Assembly (NCBI GenBank): GCA_043228905.1
Contig: JBHGNT010000006.1
Location: 21,266,001-21,330,000 of the forward strand
DNA: 64,000 nt
Reading direction: 5' to 3'
DNA from: Azolla caroliniana
Lineage: Eukaryota; Plantae; Polypodiophyta
The stretch's first letter is position 1. Each line of letters opens with the position of its first letter. Below the pieces are notes generated by a model that ran no database searches, was not told the origin of the DNA, and was given only the letters and a program-made list of their open reading frames with translations. Positions 1 through 12,436 of this stretch are shown one piece after another. Both the position numbers and the translations under genes were made by a program.

Positions 1-122
1 CCTAGAGTCATTTACCAAGAATACACTTGCCCTTGTTCGGCAAGAACTACTACAAATTTGTCTAAATAATTCTAATATATCTATTTTTGTCTACTTGGCA
101 AAATGTTGACTCATTGGTCCGT

Positions 123-776
123 TGTTGTGAAGATTCTGGGCCATAGGAGGAAACGGTGTGAAACACGCGGGAACAAGAGTGTGCACGAGTGCACATTCCT
201 ATTGAATTAAACTATGTAAATACTAGGTATTGGTAGGATGAGGGGTGCTAGGTAGTTAGAGAATTAATAAGAGTTCCGACATCGCGTTGGGGGGAGAGTT
301 ACGAGGAGAGCGAATCGAGGAGAGAATGTAGGGAGGATAATGACATGTCTTAAAGGCTTTTGTAATGGTCGCTCCTTGCGCTATAAAAGGCGCGGCCTTA
401 GACTGTTTTAGGAGACGATTGGGAGGAGGAGAAGAGAAGCAAAGGAGCTCTACACTCCATCACCGGCTCTGATTCGGTTGTAATAGTTTATTGCGCCGTG
501 CGCGCGTTTTGGTTAATATAAGCCTATCTACTTAATACAAGTTGTTCACTGCGTCTCTGTCTATTTGTCTGCGTGGGTGTCCGTGGCTACGCACGACACT
601 TTACCTCTCTCTCTCTCTCTCTCTCTCTCACTCTTTCACTACATTTCTCTGTTTACCCATGGTCTTGGAGCCTCCGCGAAGTGCGAACTCTTTCCCCCCT
701 CACTTCCCTGATTCCTTGGTTCAAGTCCCCCGTGGTCATGCCTCATTTCTACACATCCGCGCGGATTTTCGCGACA
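123..776 (+). repeat. 5' LTR of element A
   Basis: TG...CA ends, TATAAAA near 382, CT microsatellite, PBS follows; homologous to 47031-47656. Confidence 0.9.
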
Positions 777-780
777 TCAT

Positions 781-797
781 TGGTGAACCCGATGTGA
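781..797 (+). promoter_or_regulatory. Primer-binding site complementary to the tRNA-Trp 3' end
   Basis: TGGTGAACCCGATGTGA; same PBS at 1913, 37860, 56899 and on the minus strand at 55193-55209. Confidence 0.85.
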
Positions 798-823
798 AAG
801 GGGGCGGCAAAGGAATCCGAAAA

Positions 824-1189
824 ATGAGAGGGAGTGAACTTGCAGAAGCAATGGGAGTGGCGGTAGACTGCCTAGTTAGCGTTCGCGACGGCATGAGTGC
901 CCTTGACAGGGCCATAGAAGCAATGGCCGACAAGATAGGCCGGTTTAGTGGGAAAGACGCCACTAGTTACTTAGAGGCCTAAAAATCCGAAATGCAAATG
1001 AGCATCCATATGGAGATGATCGAAATACAAGCAGGTTGCCGCGATTGGGCAGACTTCGCGGAGCAAGTTCTCGAAAGGTACAACTATGATGACTCACTCC
1101 GATTGTCGAGAAAGGACTTTGTGGATTGGGTTAACAGCCTTGACAAGGGTCATAACGCTTTGGCGCTCCTCTAGGAGTTCGAGTCGCGG
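824..1189 (+). pseudogene. gag: Element A gag, N-terminal part
   Basis: MRGSELAEAM...GRFSGKDAT, matches gag of element F; in-frame stops; cut by B. Confidence 0.85.
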
Positions 1190-1908
1190 TGTGGTGAAGA
1201 TTTTCGTCCACAAGCGGAAACCCGAGCAACGAGAGCCAAAGAGCGATGTGCAACGTTGCACACGTACATAATGTATTTGTAATAGTAATAAGGGTAAAGT
1301 GTATGGTGCTAGAAATGCCCCATAGGATCCCTAAGGTATAAAGGCGATGTGGTCTTGTGCGCACACCCACGCGAGAGAGAGAGAGGTACTATGCGGTACA
1401 TAGGTACCTAGTTGTTTGTGTGGAGGTGGGAGTAAAGGGGCCATCAATCTCACCCTCCCCCAAATCAAGACAAATATCCCCTTTGAATGAAAGGGGATAT
1501 TTTAGTCTCACTTTTGTAAACGGTCTTCCCTCCTTGTGCTATAAAAGGAGAGGGAAGGCACCATTGTGGGGGTTGCCTATTTTGAGTGTGCGAGGTATAC
1601 CACATAGGTCGAGTGTTAGGGTTAGGGTTAGGGTTTCTTTATCTTTATCTTCATCTTCGTCGGTTAGGGTTTCAAGTAGTCGTTTGGTGCGGCCTATGCG
1701 GCCACCATTTTGTAATCGTTCATTTCGTTTTAATATATCTTGTTGATCATCTTGTCTCCATCTTCCTCTTGTTTGATCTAATCTCTTGTTCATTCTTCTT
1801 CTTCTTGAGCAAAGCTTCCATTCCATGTCCAATTCCTTCTCCTCTACTCCTTAGTCCAAGACCCCCGTGGTCCCGCCCTTCTCCACGCACGCGCGTAGCA
1901 ACGCGACA
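1190..1908 (+). repeat. 5' LTR of B, with a short (TTAGGG)n run
   Basis: Direct repeat of 8519-9240; TATAAAA near 1540; TTAGGG x3 at 1616-1633. Confidence 0.92.
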
Positions 1909-1951
1909 TATTTGGTGAACCCAACGTGAAGAGGCGGCAAGAGAGGAAGGA

Positions 1952-2963
1952 GATGGAAGACGGAGACATCACGGAAGTAATTACGAGAATGGCAAGGGAT
2001 TACGCAAGAAGGAGAGAAAGACGGGAAGAGGCGTACAAGTACGATCAAACGAGTTCGATCTATGGGTGTCATCGGCAAAGGCTCCTCGAAGCGCAATGAA
2101 GGCATTCCGGGAGTTCGATCTCCGGTTTTCCCAACTTTCGGTCCGGGATCAAGAATCGGTGGGGGCGGACAAGGTCCCACTATTCTTGAAGTCGGTCAAC
2201 GAAAAGGGGAGAATGGCCATTTTTCCCTACGTCGAAGATGTACGGCCTCACCGAAGATTGGAACGAGGTGGAATGGGCGTGAATACAATGCGATGAGAGG
2301 TGGTCGGCCACAACGCGGCCCGCGAGCGGCGGAGAAGAGAGAGCGGCGACCGACTACGCACTACCGCCGGAAGAGAGCTCAACGCAAATCGGTTCGGAGG
2401 AGCTCGACATCGAAGCCTTGGTGCAGGAAGCTTACGAGATCGTAGAGGCACAAATCGAAGCCGAAGAAGGGCTTATTGCGGAGTCGGGCCCGAGCGGATC
2501 GGAGGATGAGGAGGCCGAAAGAGAATGGTACATCGGTACCACAGGAGAGGGTGCAGAGCGAGCCACCCTCTCGACATACGGAGAAAGATCGACTGAGGAC
2601 GAGGTCGGGGACAATGAGGCGGCGATCACCAGTTCGAGCGGACATGAGGGAGTTTGGGCATGGAGGCCCGAAACATCGAGTGAGGAGGAGACAAGCGGTG
2701 GTGCCGCGACCTTACACACACCGGCCCTAGAGGCACCGGCGGTCGGCCCGATTGCCGGCGTGAGACCTAGAGCGACGGGCGGTGGCGGCGGCAAGGCGGG
2801 CAACCGAGACAACGGTATGGAGACCGTGGAAGAGGAGGCGGCAAGACGATGTCCGAATGGAGGTGGCTACGGGCATAGCATCGACGAGCGGCGACGTTGC
2901 TACCTTACATGCACCGGTTCAAGAGACCCCAGCGGCCGGCCCGAGTGCCCGTGTGAGACCTAG
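1952..2963 (+). pseudogene. Degenerate gag with acidic extension, element B
   Basis: KAFREFDLRFSQL...GADKVPLFLKSV and WYIGTTGEGAER, both shared with element L. Confidence 0.7.
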
Positions 2964-2972
2964 GGTAACGAA

Positions 2973-5900
2973 CGGTGAGAGACAACCTCAACATCGGCCA
3001 AATCGACTGAAGAAGCCGAGGACCGGATCGGTTGGGATCGATCGGTTAGGCCGAATGCGTAAACCGGTACGCAGACCGGTGCATAGGTAGGGCTGGATCA
3101 GTGCGTAAACCGGGAGGCCGTTAGGAAAGATATTCCGTGAGGAATATATTTGGGAGTTAGTGTAGGAGCTCTCAATGAGCATTGAAGTACTGTCAGTACT
3201 TCTGTCAGTCCTTCTAGGACTTGTATAAAAGTGTTCATTGAACACACATATGTAGATAGTGGTGAATAGAGATTGTGTACCTTTTTGAATATAGTTCTTG
3301 TGTTCTCTCTCTCTCACTCACTCTCTCTCTCTCTCCCGCGTATACTGCGTAAGCTCAAGCTCTCCATTAAACCTGAGTTTTCTGCCTTCTGTTCGGTCTT
3401 CATACCTGCTTCCGCACGCTACTTTTTACATGGTATTAGAGCGCGAGGGTTGAGAACCTCTTTGCAGCCGACACAGCTTGACGAGGAAGAACAAGAAGAA
3501 CGATGAATAGAGGAATGGCAAGCTTGCTTCCAACAAAGAAGCTCGACAGAACCAACTACGCATCTTGGTCCTACAAGATGCACCAGTACCTGCTCGAGCA
3601 CGGGTACTAGAGTTATGTTGAAGGAGCTAATGACGCGGCACCCGAATCGACACACAGAGACTTCCCGTCGTGGGAGCAATCGGCGAGCAGGGTATTATAC
3701 TGCTTCGCGTCGTGTGTGGGTGAATAGCTATTGAGCTATGTTTGGGATGCAAAGACGCCGAAGGGTGCGTGGGAAAATTTGAAGAAGATTTTCGCCGCGA
3801 ACACCACAGCCAGGAAGCTTCAACTCCGACAGGAGTTGAGCAACCTACGACAACGCGACTTGTTGGTGGCGGACTATACCTCGAAGATCAAGGATATCTA
3901 CGACACCCTCGCCTCCATAGAGGTGAACATCGAGGAGAGCGAGATGGTCCAGATCTGTCTCGGAGGTTTGGCGTCGAAGTTCGGAGCGTTCCGAACGGTT
4001 GTGTGTACCTGGGAGAATACGCCGTCCTTTTTCGACTTACAGTTAATGCTCCTGGTAGAGGAGAACCACGTGGGTGCGCCTATAAGCACGCACACCGACA
4101 GCAGAATGTTGTATACGGAGGGAGATAGGCCCCGTGGACGTGGAGGACGAGGCGAGTTGGCGAGCAATGGAGGCGGCTGACGAGATCAAGAAAGAAGGCA
4201 CCGAAGTGATGCCGACAGCAACTCCGGACCCTCCGGAAACAGGGGGAGTCGAAGCGATGAGAACCGGCAAGGGAAGCCCATCGCGGAGTGTTGGTACTGT
4301 GGCAAGAAGGGCCACACGGAAAGTGAGTGTTGGAAGAAGCGTGCCGATTCGGAGAGAACCGGTTCCGGAAACGGCTCCGGACATACCGACAAGGGAAATT
4401 GGCAACGATCGCACTATGCCGAAGACTCCGGGAGAGCCGGAGAAGTGTCTGCCTTCGTGACGAGACACGAAGCAAACACAATGAAACAAACGACCCCGAG
4501 ATCGGACGAGGTGTGGTACGTAGACTCCGGCGCGTCAAACCACATGACGAGCCATAAGGAGTGGTTCTCGTACCTTGAAAAACCGATACAACCTGGAGTA
4601 GTCGCAACTGGAGACGACACTCCGCATCCGATCGCGAATGTCGGAGAAGTTCCCCTTAGCCATGTCGGGTAGAAAGGGAAACTCATGAACGTGTTGCACG
4701 TTCCGACAATCACGAAGAACTTGGTCTCGGTCGAACAGATCGTTGACCAAGGGATGGAGGTTCGGTTTACACACCTCGGGTGCTTCATTGAGGAAGAAGG
4801 CCGTGTGATTGCGCAAGGGCGCAGAGACGGGAGGATGTTCATCCTCGACTCCACTGACGGCGGCACCGCAATGCTCGTGAAGGGACAAAAATCCGAGTCG
4901 GACATCGACTTGTGGCACAAGCGGATAGGCCACGTCAACTACCAGCGGCTTCAAGATCTGCAATGGAAACAGATAGTGTTCGGATTGCCCAAATTTAGTG
5001 GCCGAAAGGCACAAATTTGTGAAGCCTGCCAGCTCGGGAAGCAACACCAACTTCCTTTCCCCAGCGAGTGAAACCGGAGTCGGAACAAGCTCGACCTTAT
5101 ACACTCCGATGTATGGGGGCCAACACAAAACGTTAGTCTTGGCGGGAGCCGATATTTCGTCTCCTTCATCGAGGACCACACGCGGCACACATGGGTCTAC
5201 CTCATTGAAAGGAAAAGCGAAGTCTTCGACGGTTTCCGGGACCTCAAAGGGTTCGTGGAAATGGAAACAGGACAAAAGATCAAGTGCCTGTGGTCGGATG
5301 GTGGGAAAGAGTACTTTTCCGGTCAATTCAACGGTTATCTACAACAAATGGGAATTTGGCGCGAATTCAGTTGTAGATACACGCCGGAGCAGAACGGCGT
5401 GGCCGAGAGGAAGAATCGGTCAGTTGTGGAAGTGGCACGGGCAATGCTGGAGGAGAAGAGCTTGCCCAAGTTCTACTGGGCTGAGGCGGTAAGGACCGCG
5501 GTATACATCCAGAACCGGATTGGAGACAAAGTGTCGGCGCACAAGCTATATTTCGGAATGAAGCCGAACTTGCGACACTTGAGGCTGTTCGGTAGCATTG
5601 CGTATGTGCATGTACCGAAGGAGAAAACGAGGAAGCTGGACGCAAAGGCCAAGAAATGCATCTTCGTCAGTTACTCGGACGAGCAGAAGGGTTATAAGTG
5701 CTATAACCCTTGCACCAAACAAGCGCATGTTAGCCGCGACGTTGTGTTTGACGAGTCCGCGTCCTGGTACCAGCCCCCGACTCCGAAACCCAACTCCAAT
5801 CCAAGCTCTGACGATGAGGTCAGCGAGGCCGAGATGCCTCCGGATGAGCCCGAAATTGAGACCCGCGAAGAGAGTCCGATTTCACTCCATTTAAGTGGAC

Positions 5901-8457
5901 CGATTCGACGACTAAATCGGTACGACTAGTCCGACGAGGAGCCGACGAGTAGTGGAGACTCGGCCGTGCATTCTCCGCGCAAGAAGCCGAGGAGACGGCT
6001 TAAGCGCAAATAGAAAGGGAAGAAGAAGGTGTCGGATTCCGGCACGGATAGGAACGAGTCAGACCAACGCAAGTCCGACTCCGAGGGAACCGGTGACGGT
6101 TCTTTAAAGGTGAAGTCCACGTCTACCGCGAAGGCCTCCACATCGGCTAATGTGAGATCACGCCGATCTACCCGCCAGAAGAATCCTGTTTTGCGGTTCA
6201 GATACAACGAGTACATGGCGCATCATTATGCGTACATGACCCGTGTAGCGGAAGTGCGTGAGCCGGAAAGCTACGTAGAAGCGGCTTAAGACGCGAATTG
6301 GCGTGCCGCGATGGAGGAAGAGATGCACACATTGGCTGAGAATGAGACGTGGGACCTGGTTGACGCACCAAGAGGGGTTAAACCGATCGGGTGTAGGTGG
6401 GTGTACAAGGTCAACCACAACACCGATGGCTCGGTCAACCGGTACAAGGCTCGGCTAGTGGCAAGGGCTACGCGCAGAAACACGGCATCGACTACGATGA
6501 GATGTTTGCGCCGGTCGGGAAAATGACGACCGTCTGTGTTTTGCTCGCAGTAGCTGCGGTGAAGGGGTGGCACTTACATCAGATGGATGTAAAGAATGCG
6601 TTCCTGTAAGGTGACCTTGAGGAACCGGTGTACATGGTTCAACCCCCCGGTTTTCACTCCGGAATGAACTCCTCGGTAGTATGCCGATTGAAGAAGTCCC
6701 TTTACGGACTGAAGCAAGCCCCGCGTGCCTGGAACGCGAAGATCATGCAACAACTGCGTCGGATGGGCTTCGTCACGTCAAAATCGGACTCTTCCCTATT
6801 CATCCGGAAAGGTCCACTCGGACCGGTTAATATTTTACTATATGTTGATGACTTGGTCATCACCGGCGCCGACCTAGGTGAAATCGACTGCGTGAAGCTC
6901 TAGCTTGCGGCATCGTTCGACATGAAGGATCTGGGGGATCTTCATTACTTCCTCGGGATCGAAGTGATCCGTACCCCCGAAGGCATATTGATCAGCCAAC
7001 GTCATTACGTGCTGAGTATGCTCTTCAAATTCGGGATGGCCGACTGTAAGTCCGTCTCGACTCCTCTGGACAGAACCGTCAAGCTTCGTCCCGATACGGG
7101 AAAGGTATCTGACCCGACGAGGTTCCGACAAATTGTCAGAAGCCTCATATACTTGACCATCACCCGACCCGACCTCAGTTATCCGTTTGGAGTGATTAGT
7201 CAGTTCATGGCGCGACCTACTGAGGAGCACCCTCAGTGTGCGCAACCCATACTTCGGTATGTCAACGACACTAAGGACCGGGGACTGCTATATCGGACCA
7301 GTGCGCCGTGCAGTTAGTCGGCTACACCGATGCTGATTGGGCTGGCAACGCCGCCGATCGCCGATCCACGTCTGGATACCCGTTCTCCCTCGGGAGTGCC
7401 GCGATCACGTGGTGCAGTAAGAAGCAGCCGACAGTTGCACTGTCGAGCACCAAAGCTGAGTACCGAGGAGTGGTTGTTGTGACATGCGAAGCCATATGGT
7501 TGAAGCGGCTACTTAAGGACCTGTAAGAGGAGGTGTCAGCTCCGACGACGATCTACTACGACAACCTCAGTAGCATCCAGCTCGCGAAAAACCCCGTTTT
7601 CCACGCACGGACTAAGCACATTGAGGTGCACTACCATTTCATCCGTGAGCGTGTCCTTTCCGGTGAAGTCGAACTTCAGTACGTTCCGACGGATCGGTAG
7701 ACTGCTGACATCTTCACCAAGCCTCTTGGTCTGGACAAGTTGCGGCAATTCTCAGGTGCACTCGGATTGCGTCACCTCGATGTGCCAAACTTGAGGGGGA
7801 GGACAGTCCCGAATGACCAAGCAAGGCAGCAGGAAAGGAGCGGAAACCGCGACACCGAGTCGGTTGACTCGGTTGTCGAGTTTGACTTCGGATCGGCTGA
7901 AGAAGCCGAGGGCGGACCCGCGGAAAAATCCGGAAGCGAACAGAAGGGGAATAGCCGAAGGAGAGAGCCGAAGCCAACCACGCATGGGGAAGATGATGCC
8001 ATCGAGGGCGAGAAGACCGAAGACAAGTTGGAGACAACCAACTCAGACGAGAGCGAAAACCGATTGGAGGTAGCCGAATCGGTTCGGATGTTTGATTCAG
8101 ATACTTTGAATCAACCGAGGCCCAAACGGAAGAAAACGCAGCAGGAGAAGCGTCAACACCGCAACAGCAAAAGAGTTGATAAGGGCCACATGAGCAGACA
8201 AGCCGACCGGAAGGGTCGAAGCGCGCGGAGTCGAACAGGTCGAGGAGCGTGAGCGAGGCGTGAAGCCAGGAGGAACCGGAGCTGTGAGCCCAAAGATCCC
8301 GAAGAGCCTCAAGTTGAGCTTGAGGGGGAGTGTTGAGAGACAAGCTCAACATTGGCTGGATCGGCTGAAGAAGCCGAGGACCAGATCGGTTGGGATCGAT
8401 CGGTTAGGCCGAATGCGTAAACCGGTACGCAGACCGGTGCGTAGGTAGGGCCGGATC
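2973..8457 (+). mobile_element. Element C: Ty1/copia retrotransposon, 3' LTR truncated
   Basis: 5' LTR ~2973-3430, iMet PBS TGGTATTAGAGC 3431-3442, domain order gag-PR-INT-RT-RH, PPT TTGAGGGGGAG 8320-8330, partial 3' LTR 8331-8457. Confidence 0.92.
3515..8252 (+). pseudogene. Copia C gag-pol polyprotein (stops and frameshifts)
   Basis: Zinc knuckle CWYCGKKGHTESEC, protease WYVDSGASNH, GAG-pre-[46 protein letters not shown]. Confidence 0.95.
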
Positions 8458-8518
8458 TCGTGTTCTCTCCCCTATGTTTTGGCACATACCGGTGGATGTG
8501 CGGTTAGGTGGGGGCGGA

Positions 8519-9240
8519 TGTCGTGAAGATTTTCGTCCACAAGCGGAAACCTGAGCAACGAGAGCCAAAGAACGATGTGCAACGTTGCACATGTACATAA
8601 TGTATTTGTAATAGTAATAAGGGTAAAGTGTATTGTGCTAGAAATGCCCCATAGGATCCCTAAGGTATAAAGGCGATGTGGTCTTGTGCGCACACCCACG
8701 CGAGAGAGAGAGAGAGGTACTATGCGGTACATAGGTACCTAGTTGTTTGTGTGGAGGTGGGAGTAAAGGGGCCATCAATCTCACCCTCCCCCAAATCAAG
8801 ACAAATATCCCCTTTGAATGAAAGGGGATATTTTAGTCTCACTTTTGTAAACGGTCTTCCCTCCTTGTGCTATAAAAGGAGAGGGAAGGCACCATTGTGG
8901 GGGTTGCGTATTTTGAGTGTGCGAGGTATACCACATAGGTCGAGCGTTAGGGTTTGGGTTAGGGTTTCTTTATCTTTATCTTCATCTTCGTCGGTTAGGG
9001 TTTCGAGTAGTCGTTTGGTGCGGCCTATGCGGCCACCATTTTGTAATCGTTCATTTCGTTTTAATATATCTTGTTGATCATCTTGTCTCCATCTTCCTCT
9101 TATTCGATCTAATCTCTTGTTCATTCTTCTTCTTCTTGAGCAAAGCTTCCATTCCATGTCCGATTCCTTCTCCTCTACTCCTTAGTCCAAGACCCCCTGT
9201 GGTCCCGCCCTTCTCCACACACGCGCGTAGCAACGCGACA
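8519..9240 (+). repeat. 3' LTR of B
   Basis: Direct repeat of 1190-1908, TGTCGTG...CGCGACA. Confidence 0.92.
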
Positions 9241-9244
9241 ACGG

Positions 9245-10918
9245 TTTGCGCAGCTCTCTACGTTGGACCGGACTGTGCTCGAGACGAGCAAGGTCTTATT
9301 GTTCGTTACATTATTCGATTTGCGTGTCCGCAAAAGCGTGGGCCTTCTTCTTGAAACAAACAACGGTCTCATGACCGACTGGGCTACTGTCAAAGGAGTG
9401 TGCGGCAGGATTGACAAACGTAGAGACTGGAAAGAGAAGGGGTCCTCGCCGGACGGACCAACTATCGAAATTAGGGTTGAGCCAATGCCGACCCGAACGG
9501 AAGAAGCGAGGAGGTGGCTCGAGCTAGACTTGCCCTAGGCAAACGTAGTTGCGGGGCGTTTAGGCAACGCAGGACTAGAAGAACTAACAAGGATGGTGCG
9601 CGACCTCCAGATCGCCCAGGCCTGACGAAGTGACGAGGGTCAGCCGTGCAACCGGCGACCGCCGGCCAACCAAGGTGCATATGGTGCGACGCCATCGGAC
9701 ATGCCCGGAGATATTGTGCCGACTTCGGCGAAGCACTTGGTAGTAATGTCATTTATCTTCCGAATGGTAGGATTCATGCGAGCGACACGTGAAGAATGCT
9801 TGACGTAAAATTCTGACAGGGTGGCATGAAGAGGTTAATGAAAGAGGACGCGGCGCGGCACATCGAAGCCATCCACTACTCAGCTTTGGTTGGCATCCGT
9901 GTAGGCGAAAAGGTGGTTAAGCCCGATACAAAACCCGGGTTCTGGCGGAGGCTGCAGAAGGAAGAAGCGGACCGTGCGGAGGAGCGTTTGCGTGAGGTCA
10001 CTGGCTCGAGTGACCTAGTTGAAGAAAACATCGGCTTTGTGGAAGTTGCTTGCAGGAACTACGAGGCTCTGATTGATGAAAGGCAAGCTGGAAAAACCGG
10101 TGGGGTGGGCCCTTCAGGAAGGTATGACAGCTGAAGCGGGCCCAGGAGGCACGATGCTAATACAACCGGAGAAGGAAAAGGGCAGAGGTTCAGGCTTCCG
10201 ATTAAGCTCGGAGATCGAGAAAACGACGAACCTGCAGAAGGTTCTAGAGGAGTGAGTTCTCGACAGTCCCATAGAACTCACGCAAAGGGAAGTACTAGGA
10301 ATAACGAGAAGGGAATTCCACGATAGCACCGTGGATCTCGTAAAAAGAAAGCGTCTCGCAACGAAACCGGAGCCCGAGAAGCCGGTTGAAGTAAGAGTGA
10401 CGCTCCTCGACAAGATGGCCACGGAAGACGAGTTTGCGGAAAGCCACTATGCCAGGCCTCACTGGGCAAGAGCGACTACGGAAATGCTAGTTCGCATCGG
10501 GGACGTGAAGGAACCGGTGGTAGCGTTGATCGACCACGGGTCAGAAATCAACCTAATGTCTATGGACTTGTACAAAAAGGGGAAATTTCTTATCAACACC
10601 AAACACGGGTGGAAGATAGGCGCAGCTATGAGAGCCACAGAAGAACTACACGGGGCTTGCCTGAACGTCAGAGTGAGCGTCGGAGACGTCGACATAAACT
10701 AACACTTTTTCGTGCTAGAGACGTCTTCGCACCCGGTCATCCTTGGTGAACCGTACATCACGGCGGCTAGAATGGAGACGAGAGTGCTGGACAATGGCTC
10801 GGCTTATGCAAGGGTAAAAAGTCAGGACGACCGTCATTCCGTCCAGTTTTTGATGGTAAGGAAGAATCACGAGCGGAACCGGGACACCCTCGGAAATAAC
10901 GACCGGGCGGATTTTTAG
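9245..10918 (+). pseudogene. Element A gag C-terminal part and aspartic protease
   Basis: CxWCxxxGHxxxxC knuckle near 9677, protease ALIDHGSEINLM, ends at GGATTTTTAG. Confidence 0.88.
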
Positions 10919-11732
10919 AAAGGGCTATCAAGGCGTGGGGCCGCGATAGTTCGGATGGCCAGAAAATTCCCCACACCTGTAATATAGGTAGGAAAATTTT
11001 GTTCTCCGACAATGGGGGTTGTAGCATAACCGGCATTAGTGGCTAAGAAAGGAAATGGGCCGAGATATGCTTAAAGGCGTGCGGAGCCTTGAGCCACGAT
11101 GAAAGGATTGGGGAAGTCGTGGAGGCGGTCTCGTTTGATGACACCCTTGGGGAATCGGGAGGGTAGTCGAAGGAGGCCTGAGCGAAAACTAGGTCATACT
11201 GGTCAATTCGGTCAACATGTACAAAGTCATTGCGGACTTTGAAAGGGAAACTAGGGCGCATCAGATAGCCCGAGTAGACACGAAGTACAAGACTGTGGAC
11301 TAGAAGGGGAAGCCCGTCGTGGCTCCCTTACCTAAGGGCAACTAAGAATGAATAAAGGGGGTCGCTGCCGACCCCAGCTTGCGAGATCCCGCCAGCATAG
11401 GACACCGTTTTACCGACAAAACGCTACGAGAGCTGAAGAGCTCAAAACGCTACTATCGGCGGAAGAGGACCGGTTCAAGAGGATGCTCGAGAGACATGGG
11501 AAAGCCTTCACATTCTTGCCGGGAGAGATCGGGTGCGTCGACCCGACCATTGTCGAATTGATAGTGATCTTTACGGTGCCGCATGTGCCATGGAGTGTCA
11601 AGCCCATTGAAGGGCCGAGAGCTCACATGCCAATGCTGATGGAACTCCTTAAGCAGAAAGTGGAGCTGGGCATCCTCAAACTGTCGAGTGCCCCTTACTC
11701 TAACTCATGGTTTATGGTACCGAAGAAGAATG
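10912..11732 (+). pseudogene. pol: Element A pol N-terminus and start of RT (-1 frame relative to gag-PR)
   Basis: FLERAIKAWG...TVPHVPW...SAPYSNSWFMVPKKN; resumes at 17796 as NGTLRFIQDL. Confidence 0.85.
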
Positions 11733-12123
11733 TGACGAGAAATATGCGGAATAATCTCCGGCCACAACCGAAGCGTAGATCACTTGATGACTATCAAACA
11801 CAGAAGAAATGGGAATGGAGGTAAGTACACAAATAGAAAGAGAATACACAGGATGTTAATGTGGAAAACCCTGAGAGGGAAAAACCACAGGAGTCCACAG
11901 ACTCCAAACTATCACTATGCCAAGGAGTACAATAGGGAGCACAAAGGCAACGACCTCTTGCTCACAATCTTCGCCTGGCGGCAGTTACAACAGAGACATG
12001 CTCTGTATCTCTCTCTCTCTCTCTCTTAGTACAGTCGTTACACCAATACCATTATACAAAGATAATAACAACAACTATGATACAAAACACACTGTTTGCC
12101 CTAGGTCACATTTATACTAATAT

Positions 12124-12390
12124 TGTTGGGAAATAGGTCCCTCCGGACGGGATGACCCGGTGAGAACAGGATAAGGAGTACCTGGAAATGGAAGACCCGG
12201 TGAGAACCGGATGACAAGTGCCCGCCAAGGGCCGGATGAAGGGACATATTCGTAAATATGTTTATGAGAGTCCATCGGGGCTATATTTGTAAATAGCCGA
12301 AAAGTGATATTAGTATAAATATGAGTTAGGGCAAACTTAGTGTGTGGTTGTCATTCTTGTAGGCGCAAGACTAGAGAGCGCGTAATAGTG

Positions 12391-12436
<46 letters not shown>

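Larger units (their letters stand above)
1190..9240 (+). mobile_element. Element B: non-autonomous gag-only LTR element of the Trp-primed family, carrying copia C
   Basis: Near-identical LTRs 1190-1908 and 8519-9240, Trp PBS 1913-1929, family pre-PPT motif at 8481-8518, TSD gcgg/acgg, no pol of its own. Confidence 0.9.

Noticed and set aside
9241-9244. 3-bp TSD plus a non-templated A at the element end
   Set aside because: Reverse-oriented L shows a clean 4-bp TSD with no extra base; G-to-A decay in CAG context explains B and F
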